NCBI GenBank assembly: GCA_043736515.1
Contig: JAYTCK010000069.1
Coordinates: forward strand, 1 to 41,843
From: a bacterium
GTDB lineage: Bacteria > Patescibacteriota > Minisyncoccia > Phycocordibacterales > UBA6899
Reading direction: 5' to 3'
DNA: 41,843 nt
Position 1 is the first letter of the stretch. Each line of letters opens with the position of its first letter. The notes under the pieces are model-generated. The model searched no databases, was not told the DNA's origin, and saw only the letters and a list, made by a program, of their open reading frames with translations. Both the position numbers and the translations under genes were made by a program. Below are positions 19,460 through 28,259 of this stretch, in pieces.

Positions 19460-20539
19460 TCACTTTCGCTCTTTTCCGAGCGTAAGTGTGACATCGAATT
19501 GCTTGCTGCCGCGCAGAATCTTTATTTTTACTTTCGTGCCTTCTCTCTTGGTAATGATCAGGCGTTTCCAGTCTTCCGGTTTTGTGACCGCTTCGTCATC
19601 AATTGCAAGGATGATATCGCCGGGAACAAGTTTCCCAAGAGCGGGACTTTGCGGATCAATAGTCATGGTCCTGAGGCCGTCAATTGCTGGAGATATTCCA
19701 AACAGTGCACGTGTTTGCGGGTCAATACCGTCGACAGTGATGCCGATCCAGCCGCTGCCATACGACGATGTTTGAGCACCGGAAAGAAAGTCTTTGACTA
19801 CCTTGGCGGGAATTGCGAAGCCGAGGCCGATATTTCCCTCGCTTTTTGTAAAGATCATCGTGTTGATCCCGACCACTTCAGCCTTAATGTTCACGAGTGG
19901 TCCGCCAGAATTTCCGGGGTTGATCGCCGCATCAGTTTGAATGAAGCGATGGATCTTTGATGCTGATTCGATACTTCGCGAAGGATTACTCACGATGCCC
20001 ATTGATGCGCTATCCTGAAGACCAAATGGACTTCCGATAGCGTACACGAATTCCCCACCTTGCAGTTCAGTCATTGAAAGCGTGCCCGTGGTAAGGTCAG
20101 GAGGAGCATTTTTAATCTGGAGTTGCGCCAAGTCGAGCCCGTCGCCCGCAAGACCGAGAAGTTCGGCATCGTAAGTTTTTTGGTTCGAAAGAGTCACCTT
20201 GTAGGCATAGATCAATTCTGCTTTCTTGCCTTTCCGTATGAGTTCCGCAGGATCAACGACGTGTTTGTTGGTGATGATCTTCCCGTCTTTTGTGGCGAGA
20301 TAGCCGCTTCCTGTTGAGTTCGGTGATTCTTTTCCTTTCAAAAGATTGCCGTTGCCATCGCCGATTTGCGTGACCGCGATCGAAACCACGAAGCTGCGGG
20401 CTTTCTTATTGATGGCAACCTGCTCGTTTTGTAGCTGCTCGAGGAGCGATGGGACAGCCCAGGCCACAGTGGAAAAAAACAACCAAAAAGTCATAAAAAT
20501 CACAAGGATCTTTTTCATACACACCCCCATAAAGTACAC
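19460..20539 (-). CDS. HtrA/DegP-like serine protease with PDZ domain
   Basis: TGSGY, ITNKHVV, DLA, AIGSPFGL and IQTDAAINPGNSGGPL; C-terminal PDZ (SPA..LVPGDII). Confidence 0.93.
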   Translation of the reverse strand: MYFMGVCMKKILVIFMTFWLFFSTVAWAVPSLLEQLQNEQVAINKKARSFVVSIAVTQIGDGNGNLLKGKESPNSTGSGYLATKDGKIITNKHVVDPAELIRKGKKAELIYAYKVTLSNQKTYDAELLGLAGDGLDLAQLQIKNAPPDLTTGTLSMTELQGGEFVYAIGSPFGLQDSASMGIVSNPSRSIESASKIHRFIQTDAAINPGNSGGPLVNIKAEVVGINTMIFTKSEGNIGLGFAIPAKVVKDFLSGAQTSSYGSGWIGITVDGIDPQTRALFGISPAIDGLRTMTIDPQSPALGKLVPGDIILAIDDEAVTKPEDWKRLIITKREGTKVKIKILRGSKQFDVTLTLGKERK

Positions 20540-20682
20540 TCTTAACTTATGCTAACGGAGGAAGCCCTGTTGTCAATGATTTGTAATCACTCACTTTTTA
20601 TAGAGAAGTGTCAACGGTGCCTTTTTTCATGTGAAGGGTTACGCTGATATATAGAACGTTCATCTTTATATGAGGTAGAAAT

Positions 20683-21822
20683 ATGTTTACCAAATTTTGG
20701 AAACGAACCCCCCCAGCCGCTCGACTCAACACCACTCGACCTTCGCGCCCCGCTACGGTGCATGATGTTCAGGCGATAGGCTCTCAGCTAATGGAGCATT
20801 GGTACGCACTTGAGCGTAAGCGTGCACGCAAAAAAATGCTGCGATGGCTCGGTGCATTTGCCGTGCTCGGCGTACTCGTGTTTTATGCCACAATCTGGAG
20901 CGACAACGATCGTGTTGTGCTCAATCACACATCGCTTGATAAACCGTTTGTCGGAGTTTCCGGCGGTAAAGGTACAGGACTCGTTGCGGTGATGAGAATT
21001 TCAGGCAGTATTGACGGCGACTATCTTGGTGATAACTCTCCGGAAAACACTGTCCGTGTCCTTCGTGAATCTTTTGTGCAAGCTGAAGGCCAAAAGAATC
21101 TTGCCGGCGTGCTCCTTCTTATAGATTCCCCCGGCGGAGGCGCAGCGGCAAGCGCGCAACTCTATCGACTGACGAAACGATTTCGCAACACACATCCCGA
21201 TATTCCGGTGGTGGCATACATATCTCAGAGCGCTTACTCGGGCGGGTATTGGGCTGCGCTTGGCGCAGAGAAAATCATTGCAGATCCGGTAGCAGTCGTT
21301 GCAAATATCGGTGTCATCCAGCGATTTTTCAACACAAGTAAGCTTGGTGACGCCATTGGCGTAACCGAAGAAGAGGTTTCATCCGGTCCGCGAAAAGGTG
21401 CCGGAAGTCAGTGGAGAAACTTATCTCCGGATGACCGGACAATGATGAGCCGCGCTGCTCAAGGATTCTTTGAGCATTTTCTGGAAGCAATGAGTGATTC
21501 TCGGAAAATCCCGATTGAAATTCTGATGCGAGAGGCGAGAGAGGCTCAGGGCCGTACAAGCGGAGCATGGTTCTCTGCAAAGGATGCCCTTGCCGGCAAA
21601 TTAGTGGACGAGATTATTCCTATTGAAGACTTCTTGGAGCACGAAGCACCAAAGTTTGCGGCAAAGAAAAAATTTGCAGAAATCGATTATGTCAGTCTTG
21701 AAAAAGACAAAAATGAGATCACTGACTCCATAAAAAAATCCAGTCAGGCAGTAGCCGCAGGGTTACTGCGCGCGTTAAAGCAAGAAGCTGCACAAAGCAG
21801 CAAAAGCATTCGCGCGGAATGA
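20683..21822 (+). CDS. sppA: S49 family signal peptide peptidase SppA
   Basis: LIDSPGG, AYSGGYW, NIGVI and SGPRK motifs; N-terminal TM. Confidence 0.88.
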   Translation: MFTKFWKRTPPAARLNTTRPSRPATVHDVQAIGSQLMEHWYALERKRARKKMLRWLGAFAVLGVLVFYATIWSDNDRVVLNHTSLDKPFVGVSGGKGTGLVAVMRISGSIDGDYLGDNSPENTVRVLRESFVQAEGQKNLAGVLLLIDSPGGGAAASAQLYRLTKRFRNTHPDIPVVAYISQSAYSGGYWAALGAEKIIADPVAVVANIGVIQRFFNTSKLGDAIGVTEEEVSSGPRKGAGSQWRNLSPDDRTMMSRAAQGFFEHFLEAMSDSRKIPIEILMREAREAQGRTSGAWFSAKDALAGKLVDEIIPIEDFLEHEAPKFAAKKKFAEIDYVSLEKDKNEITDSIKKSSQAVAAGLLRALKQEAAQSSKSIRAE

Positions 21823-21853
21823 CCGTAAAAAATAAGAGCACTATATTGTGCTC

Positions 21854-21908
21854 TTTTTTATACCCCAAATTGTCAAGGTCGGACCTTGACAATTTGGGGT
21901 ATAAAAAA
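21854..21908. repeat. 55-bp perfect palindrome between convergent genes
   Basis: 27-bp arms ttttttataccccaaattgtcaaggtc-g-gaccttgacaatttggggtataaaaaa. Confidence 0.92.
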
Positions 21909-21940
21909 CACGCACATCTGTGCGTGTTGGTTTTATTTGC

Positions 21941-22606
21941 TTATGCGAGGTGTGCGATGTCTCCCCACCGCTCCACGATCCATCCATCCCCTGCATCCGA
22001 AAAAGTTTTGCGTGTTTCGTATGCCAGAATCGATAGTCCTGCATTACCAAGTCGAAATTGATAGCTGTTGAGGTCGTGCGATGAGAGATGTTCCCCCCGT
22101 TGCGACGCTGCCAGGAGTGCGGTTGCAAATACGCCATGCGTCACCAGTCCTATGTGTGTATCAGGGAGTGCAAGTAGGTATGCGAGCCCTTCGATTGCGC
22201 GCGCCTTCAGTAAGGCGAAATTTTCCCCATCTCCATATACATAGGCAGGATTGTGAAAGTACGTCCGCCCTTCATGGAAGATGGTGAGCGCGTCTCTATC
22301 AGTCGTTAATTTCCCATGCATGAGTGTTGGGTGCTTTCGCTCAACAAAGAGTGGCGAAGAAATTGGCACGAGCCCGATTGCCCTACCGACCAGTGTTGCG
22401 GTCTCCATCGCACGAACATGGCTACTGCTGATGAGTGTCGTTATTGGGTGCGCCACCCAGTCTCTTCCCAGTCGATCTCCAAGTTTTATTGCTTGCTCTC
22501 GTCCTAGGGAGGTGAGTGGCTCATCACTACCTTGGAATCGGCCATTCACATTTGAGTATGTTTGCCCGTGACGCATCAGATATAACGTCTTGTGTCTTAT
22601 TCCCAT
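21941..22606 (-). CDS. Histidine phosphatase (phosphoglycerate mutase-like) family protein
   Basis: LYLMRHGQT, PLTSLGREQA, SSHVRAMETA, GEN, LVTHG motifs; ATG 22606 overlaps the upstream stop. Confidence 0.9.
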   Translation of the reverse strand: MGIRHKTLYLMRHGQTYSNVNGRFQGSDEPLTSLGREQAIKLGDRLGRDWVAHPITTLISSSHVRAMETATLVGRAIGLVPISSPLFVERKHPTLMHGKLTTDRDALTIFHEGRTYFHNPAYVYGDGENFALLKARAIEGLAYLLALPDTHIGLVTHGVFATALLAASQRGEHLSSHDLNSYQFRLGNAGLSILAYETRKTFSDAGDGWIVERWGDIAHLA

Positions 22607-23151
22607 AGTAGTATTTCCTTCCAGTTTGCCCATGTGAGGCGCGGTTGATGAATGATGTGTCGATTGTACGGCTGATCGTACAATATATGTTTCCATGCAG
22701 GCACGCAAATTCCTGTGATATCCGGCTTATCATCAACAAGAATATCTCCGTACACCAGTGTCTTGTCTCGTGTAAGCACGATCCGTTCAACGAATTCTTG
22801 CCCCAAATGTTTTTTTACCCAAGCAAACTTTTCTGTGACACAGTTATCAAAGATCTTCTTGGGAGATGTACAGATGCGTACATCGAATCCTCGGGCAAGG
22901 AGTCCATGCATCGCATCAACTGCGCCCGGGATAGGATCAAGATTGAAAAAAAATCCTGGACGAAGTGCTAACGCTCCGATACGCGTGCGGTATACTTCCG
23001 GAAAATGCTCCTCAGTATTGAAGCAATCCGCTTCTTCGGGAAGCAGTCTCGGAAGTTCAGGAAATTCGTGCGCGATAGCTTCAAGGTGCGCCTTCGTATA
23101 GTTGGCGAGTACACCGTCTTGGTCAAATAGAATGATACGTAGTTTTTTCAT
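22597..23151 (-). CDS. 5'(3')-deoxyribonucleotidase (NT5C-like HAD)
   Basis: FDQDGVLA, FFFNLDPIPGA, ICTSP, EKFAWVKKHLG, TRDKTLVYGDILVDDKP and QPYN motifs. Confidence 0.92.
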   Translation of the reverse strand: MKKLRIILFDQDGVLANYTKAHLEAIAHEFPELPRLLPEEADCFNTEEHFPEVYRTRIGALALRPGFFFNLDPIPGAVDAMHGLLARGFDVRICTSPKKIFDNCVTEKFAWVKKHLGQEFVERIVLTRDKTLVYGDILVDDKPDITGICVPAWKHILYDQPYNRHIIHQPRLTWANWKEILLWE

Positions 23152-23708
23152 AGTAGCTCCTTTGTTAACTGGTTAGTGATGAGTTTTTGAAAAATACGAC
23201 CCTGGATGTCGGCATCAAGCAGTGCGTTGTGCGGAAGTTCTTCGAATTTAACCCCGACATGGGTTGCCATGTTTTTAAGTGTTGTATTTTTCCACGAGCA
23301 TTTTGTGAGTCCCATGAAATACGCTTTCATATCGAGGGCAGCATGTCCAAATGGGTTTGTGATTCCGTATTCTGCGAAATACCATGCGACAAACATCCAA
23401 TCGAAGGGTGCGTTGTTCGCAACGAAGAGAGGTCTTTGCCCGGGTTTGCATTGTTGCTTTGCCCACTCGGCAAATTCCTTCATTGCCTGTTTGGGACTAA
23501 TGGCATCATGGCGCCGCTCTAGCGTCTCTTTTGTCGTCCCTGCTGCGCGAAGCGCTGCAAGTGAAGAGCGCGCTTTGGGAAGGAGAGTAATCTGCCGCTC
23601 GAATGTTTGTGCTCTACCAATAGTAACTGCCCCGAGCTCATACATGCTGTATTTCCCTGGTGTGCGCCCTGTTGCCTCAATGTCTACCGAAATCATGCAT
23701 TCCTTCAT
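23148..23708 (-). CDS. DEDDh 3'-5' exonuclease family protein
   Basis: SVDIEATG, ANNAPFDW and HNALLDA motifs. Confidence 0.88.
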   Translation of the reverse strand: MKECMISVDIEATGRTPGKYSMYELGAVTIGRAQTFERQITLLPKARSSLAALRAAGTTKETLERRHDAISPKQAMKEFAEWAKQQCKPGQRPLFVANNAPFDWMFVAWYFAEYGITNPFGHAALDMKAYFMGLTKCSWKNTTLKNMATHVGVKFEELPHNALLDADIQGRIFQKLITNQLTKELL

Positions 23709-23850
23709 ATTTTTTCTTTCAATGAACTATTCATCCGATGTGATTGTAGCAGCATATTTGTTTTGTGTTTGAAAAATAATACGAATGTGAAGTGTTCTGT
23801 AATAGAAAAGCAATTCACCCTTGTTTTTCAATGTGCTTTACAATACAATT

Positions 23851-23871
23851 GTTGTATATAATTTATACGAC
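23851..23871. promoter_or_regulatory. Palindromic operator candidate in front of the TrmB-like gene
   Basis: gttgtata-taatt-tatacgac (7/8 arm match) overlapping a TATAAT, 3 bp before the ATG. Confidence 0.45.
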
Positions 23872-23874
23872 TTT

Positions 23875-24609
23875 ATGGAACACAAGCTTTTTTTGCAAAA
23901 ACTTGGACTGACAGCGCGTGAAAGTACGGTGTATCTTGCACTGCTTCAATCGGGACAAATGGGAGTATCAAACATCGCACGGAAGACAGGGCTCTACCGC
24001 ACTGACGTATACGGAGCACTTTCACGCCTTGGGGATGAAAATCTCGTCCTGATATCTCCGAAGGGAAAATATCGTGTATATAAAGCAGCCTCACCAAAGC
24101 TTTTAGAAAAAAAGTTTCTCGAGCTTTCCAATCATTTCGACGAAACAATCGAGAGCCTGACAGAGCTTCATCGACAACCCGAAACACCACGCCCCCGGGT
24201 GACCTACGTCGAAGGCCAAAAAGGAATCAGCGGCATACATGATGACATTGTGACCACACTTAAAAAAGGAGACACGTATTTTCGGTATAGTTCGGCAATT
24301 GTACGAGGCGATGAAAAACGGCAGAATTATCTATCCAAGAAATATCGCCTCATGCGTGATGTGAAACAACTGGAGCGTAAGGTCATAACCAATGTCCCAA
24401 ATAAGTCAGGGAAACATCCTCGCCTTGAGCGCGAGATCAAAGTTGTTCCGCCTGATTTTGATCTCTTCGAATACAACATCTCCCAGATCATCTATGGCGA
24501 CAAGGTGGCCGTGATTGACTATAATACTGAGACGGGTGTGATTATCGAAAACCCTACGATAGCGAAGTTTCAGGCAAAGATCTTTCAGCTTCTCTTTAAA
24601 AAACTGTAA
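23875..24609 (+). CDS. TrmB family transcriptional regulator
   Basis: LGLTARESTVYLALL..G..VSNIARKTGLYRTDVYGALSRL HTH; YVEGQKGI and IYGDKVAVI..GVIIEN C-terminal domain. Confidence 0.88.
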   Translation: MEHKLFLQKLGLTARESTVYLALLQSGQMGVSNIARKTGLYRTDVYGALSRLGDENLVLISPKGKYRVYKAASPKLLEKKFLELSNHFDETIESLTELHRQPETPRPRVTYVEGQKGISGIHDDIVTTLKKGDTYFRYSSAIVRGDEKRQNYLSKKYRLMRDVKQLERKVITNVPNKSGKHPRLEREIKVVPPDFDLFEYNISQIIYGDKVAVIDYNTETGVIIENPTIAKFQAKIFQLLFKKL

Positions 24610-24653
24610 AAGTACTCTTTGGCAAAAAAGTGAGTTTGTATTATATATACAAT

Positions 24654-25325
24654 ATGTCCTCATCAAAAAAATACACACATGCAGTGATTGCGACCGATGT
24701 CGCTATTTTCACCATTGAAGAAGGGGAGCTTATGGTTCTCCTTATCGAAATGAAAAAGGCACCGTATCAGAAACACTGTGCACTTCCGGGCGGACTCGTG
24801 CGCGGAGAAGAATCATTGGAAGACGCCGCTTTTCGCCACCTCAGCGACAAGACGGGAGTGTCTCGCGTCTACCTGGAGCAGCTTGCCGCATTCGGCGAAC
24901 CAGGGCGCGATCCCTTTGGTCGCGTTGTTTCAGTCGCGTACTTCGCACTTATCCCGCTCGGTGCTCGCGAACTCAAAACAACTGAGGAGTACGGAGGAGT
25001 AGCATGGTATGGTGTCGGCAAGCTACCCAAATTGGCCTACGACCACCGTGAAATTTTGAATGCGGCACTTCTTCGTTTGCGTGCAAAACTTGAATACACA
25101 AATATTGTCTACGGGCTTTTGCCAAAAACGTTCACACTCTCAGAACTTCAGCGTGTCTACGAGATTATCCTTGCGCGTCCAATCGATAAACGCAACTTCC
25201 GCAAAAAGTATCTCTCGCTCGGACTTATTGAAGAAACAAAAGGAAAGCGTGAGGGCGGTGCTCATCGTCCTGCACAGCTCTATCAGTTCGCATCGCATAA
25301 ACCCATCGCGATCGAAGTGCTCTAG
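24654..25325 (+). CDS. nrtR: NrtR family regulator (Nudix + winged HTH; ADP-ribose-responsive repressor)
   Basis: ALPGGLV..EESLEDAA.R.LSDKTG (degenerate Nudix box), LEQL..F..PGRDP.GRVVSVAY, LAYDH, FTLSELQ.VYE and DKRNFRK..GAHRPAQLY. Confidence 0.92.
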   Translation: MSSSKKYTHAVIATDVAIFTIEEGELMVLLIEMKKAPYQKHCALPGGLVRGEESLEDAAFRHLSDKTGVSRVYLEQLAAFGEPGRDPFGRVVSVAYFALIPLGARELKTTEEYGGVAWYGVGKLPKLAYDHREILNAALLRLRAKLEYTNIVYGLLPKTFTLSELQRVYEIILARPIDKRNFRKKYLSLGLIEETKGKREGGAHRPAQLYQFASHKPIAIEVL

Positions 25326-25334
25326 GATATACGC

Positions 25335-25362
25335 AAAACGCGAATCTCATCCGTTTTACGTA
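25335..25362 (+). repeat. 28-bp direct repeat, left copy (within a short hairpin element)
   Basis: aaaacgcgaatctcatccgttttacgta is identical to 30082-30109. Confidence 0.9.
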
Positions 25363-25383
25363 TGTTCCATATCATTCACACTT

Positions 25384-25409
25384 AAAAACACGGCCTCGCC
25401 GTGTTTTTT
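25384..25409 (+). terminator. Intrinsic terminator after nrtR
   Basis: aaaaacacggc-ctc-gccgtgtttttt. Confidence 0.7.
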
Positions 25410-25431
25410 CTACGGCTCTGTAAGGCTATAC

Positions 25432-25452
25432 TTAGTGTATTATACACACTTT
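25432..25452. promoter_or_regulatory. Putative NrtR operator 1
   Basis: ttagtgta-ttata-cacacttt, an imperfect match to TTAGTGTA-N5-TACACTAA. Confidence 0.6.
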
Positions 25453-25480
25453 GTCCACAGATGGGCTTGCGCAGATTTGG

Positions 25481-25501
25481 TTAGTGTATATACTACACTA
25501 A
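25481..25501. promoter_or_regulatory. Putative NrtR operator 2 (perfect arms)
   Basis: ttagtgta-tatac-tacactaa upstream of the pncA-terY operon. Confidence 0.75.
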
Positions 25502-25510
25502 GTTACGCAG

Positions 25511-25667
25511 GAGATGAAGGAGTGTAGGGCGCTCATGGACCCCCAGAGATACGGAGTTCGCGAGCGCCTTATACGATGCTTATCACTACGTTCACGCGTA
25601 CGTTGACATAAGAATATCGTAGACACGGTGCACCTCTCGGATTTCCCGATAGGTATCTTCAATCTTT
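25511..25667 (+). ncRNA. Candidate structured 5' leader / ncRNA
   Basis: Hand-found stems tagggcgctc/gagcgcctta, tacgat/atcgta + cttat/ataag and acctctcgg/ccgataggt, closed by gagatgaag/cttcaatctt. Confidence 0.4.
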
Positions 25668-25686
25668 CAGGAGTTAAGGAGTTATC

Positions 25687-26511
25687 ATGAAAGCACTGAA
25701 AATGCATCTCTTGGTTATCGATCCGCAGAACGACTTTATGGACAAGGCAGGCGCCAGCCTTCCTGTCGCTGGCGCGTCGGAAGATATGAAACGCCTCGCG
25801 GCATTCATCGCTCGCGCCGGGCACAAGCTTGCGGACATCCACGTGACACTCGATTCGCACCACACCATTGATGTCGGCCATCCCGGTATGTGGCGTGACC
25901 AGGTTGGAAAACTTCCGGGCGCGTTCACTATCATCACGCCGGACGACATCGAAAACGGCGTGTGGGCACCGCGTGACCCCGGCCTCCGTGCGCGGCTCCT
26001 CGGATATGCGAAAGCCCTTCATGTCGGCGGCAAATATCCACTCATGGTTTGGCCCGAGCACTGCCGTATCGGCACCCCGGGACATAACGTTGAAGCAACG
26101 CTTGCCGCGGCACTTGAAAATTGGGAACGCAAAGAGTTCATCAACGTCGACTACGTGACCAAGGGGACCAATCCGTTTACCGAGCACTATGGTGCGCTCA
26201 TGGCGGAAGTGCCCGACGCTGAAGATCCTTCGACGTCGCTCAACACCGCGTTTCTTGAAACGCTCCGTGATGCTGACATCGTGCTTGTTGCGGGAGAAGC
26301 GCTCTCGCACTGTGTGAAGTCGACGGTGGACCAGATCGCCGCGACGATCGGCGACGAGCATATCAAGAAGTTCCACATTCTCACCGACTGTTCGAACCCC
26401 GTTTCCCAAGTGGGTAACGGACCGGACTTTCCGGCCATTGCAAAACTATGGCTCTCCGACATGAAGTCTGCGGGTATGACCTTGGTCAGCTCGCAAGATG
26501 TTCTGCGGTAA
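25687..26511 (+). CDS. Nicotinamidase / cysteine hydrolase (isochorismatase family)
   Basis: LLVIDPQNDF, TLDSH, WPEHCRIGTPG, VTKG and AGEALSHCV catalytic motifs; AAGGAG RBS. Confidence 0.88.
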   Translation: MKALKMHLLVIDPQNDFMDKAGASLPVAGASEDMKRLAAFIARAGHKLADIHVTLDSHHTIDVGHPGMWRDQVGKLPGAFTIITPDDIENGVWAPRDPGLRARLLGYAKALHVGGKYPLMVWPEHCRIGTPGHNVEATLAAALENWERKEFINVDYVTKGTNPFTEHYGALMAEVPDAEDPSTSLNTAFLETLRDADIVLVAGEALSHCVKSTVDQIAATIGDEHIKKFHILTDCSNPVSQVGNGPDFPAIAKLWLSDMKSAGMTLVSSQDVLR

Positions 26512-26543
26512 GCCATTCAACCTCTCTTTGAAAGGAGAACATC

Positions 26544-27290
26544 ATGCCACGTCTTGATAACAGCATGCAGGGCTATAAGCTCGGCGGAAACTTCACGTTC
26601 ACCGCAAAGCGAATTGAAAAACTCGGCGCAACCGAGTATACGCTCGTCACGATCGCACTCGATGAAACTGGTTCTGTCAGCGGTTTTGAAGCAGAGCTTC
26701 AGGCGATGTTGGTTCAGGCGGTCGAGTCGTGCAAACGCTCGCCACGCTCCGACAATCTGCTCGTACGCGTACTTTACTTCTCGAGCAAGTATCCGAAGGG
26801 CTTAAGTGAGATCCACGGCTTCAAGCCGCTTTCTGAGATCGACACCAGTCTCTACCCAGTACCCAGCCCCGGAGGAATGACACCGCTTTGCGATGCGACC
26901 TACTCAGGCATCGGCGCGATGAATACATACGGCAAAGATCTCTTTGCACAGGACTACCTTGTGAACGGCATCGGCTTCGTCATTACCGACGGCGGCGAGA
27001 ATGCATCGACCGCAACAATGGATATGGTAAAACAAGAATTCAAAAAAGCCGTAAGCGGCGAATGTCTTGAATCACTCGTTTCCGTTCTGATTGGGGTCAA
27101 TGCGCAATCGTGCCGCTCATTGCTTGAGGCATTTGCGCGCGATGCAGGCTTCGATAAATACATCGATGCCGGCGATGCGAACGAACGTAATCTTGCGAAG
27201 CTCGCAGCGTTCGTTTCTCAGTCGGTGTCGAGTCAATCGCAGTCGATCGGAACGGGCGGCCCGAGTCAGCAAATTGCCGCAACGATCTAA
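26544..27290 (+). CDS. vWA domain protein, TerY-like
   Basis: MIDAS DETGSV, GGMTPLCDA and VITDGGENAS; directly upstream of PP2C-like and kinase genes. Confidence 0.82.
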   Translation: MPRLDNSMQGYKLGGNFTFTAKRIEKLGATEYTLVTIALDETGSVSGFEAELQAMLVQAVESCKRSPRSDNLLVRVLYFSSKYPKGLSEIHGFKPLSEIDTSLYPVPSPGGMTPLCDATYSGIGAMNTYGKDLFAQDYLVNGIGFVITDGGENASTATMDMVKQEFKKAVSGECLESLVSVLIGVNAQSCRSLLEAFARDAGFDKYIDAGDANERNLAKLAAFVSQSVSSQSQSIGTGGPSQQIAATI

Positions 27291-27365
27291 TGGTTCTTTG
27301 GACAGCAATCAACCCTTTGGGCGGCGTTATCATGCCGCCCATTTTTATTTCCGAAAGGAGTGACC

Positions 27366-28259
27366 ATGAAATTTTCAGTTGACCATCATTTCGTGATCGG
27401 TGACGATCACGCAGCACAGGGGAAGCCCTGTCAGGATCATGCGCTCTCGGCGTGCAAGGATGGCATCGCCGTCGCAGTTGTTTCGGACGGCTGCTCGTCG
27501 GGCGGCGAAACCGATATGGGTGCGCGTGTACTGACATTTGCAACGATTCGCTCGATTCTCGTCCACTTTTGCGTGACACATGCGCTTCCAGGGGTGGAGG
27601 CTGTTGAGGAAGAGCGCGCACTTATTGAAAGTACCACCATGAACATGCTCGGACTTTACCGCGACGACATGCTTGCGACATCGATTGCCACCGCGGTCAC
27701 GGACGAAGGAGGTTTTGTGTATCTTGCAGGAGACGGGGTCATTGCCGTTACCAAAAGAGACGGGAGTATCGAACTCTTGCGTTTTGATTGGGCACGCAAC
27801 ATGCCTGCGTATCCGCATTATCGTGACGATCAATTTGCCGCATTCATTGCGGCACAGGGTGGCGACAGCGAAGGAGAGCTGATGAGCCGTGAGCGTGTCA
27901 TCCGTTATGCTGATGGCACGGAAACAGAAGCCGAAATGCTCGGTATCACTCTCGCACTCGGCATTCGCGGTGTGACGCTCAACTTCGATGCACACAGCAT
28001 AGCGGAGGAGATCGCATCTATTGCAGTCTTCACCGATGGAGTGACGCAGATCGATGGTGTCGACTGGAAGGATGCCGCGTGTGAACTTCTTTCGTTTAAG
28101 AATACAACCGGAGCATTTGTGAAACGCAGGATGAATGCGGCGCTCAAGAAATATCGCAAGGAAGGAAAAAGTCCGCTTGATGATCTGGCGTATGCCGTCA
28201 TCAGCATTGATCAACCGAGAGAAGGAGAAGATTATGAGTCTCGAGAGCAAAACGCATAA
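27366..28259 (+). CDS. PP2C-like protein phosphatase (TerY-P triad type)
   Basis: IGDDH....PCQDH, VVSDGCSS, AGDG, FTDGV and DDLAYA motifs. Confidence 0.85.
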   Translation: MKFSVDHHFVIGDDHAAQGKPCQDHALSACKDGIAVAVVSDGCSSGGETDMGARVLTFATIRSILVHFCVTHALPGVEAVEEERALIESTTMNMLGLYRDDMLATSIATAVTDEGGFVYLAGDGVIAVTKRDGSIELLRFDWARNMPAYPHYRDDQFAAFIAAQGGDSEGELMSRERVIRYADGTETEAEMLGITLALGIRGVTLNFDAHSIAEEIASIAVFTDGVTQIDGVDWKDAACELLSFKNTTGAFVKRRMNAALKKYRKEGKSPLDDLAYAVISIDQPREGEDYESREQNA

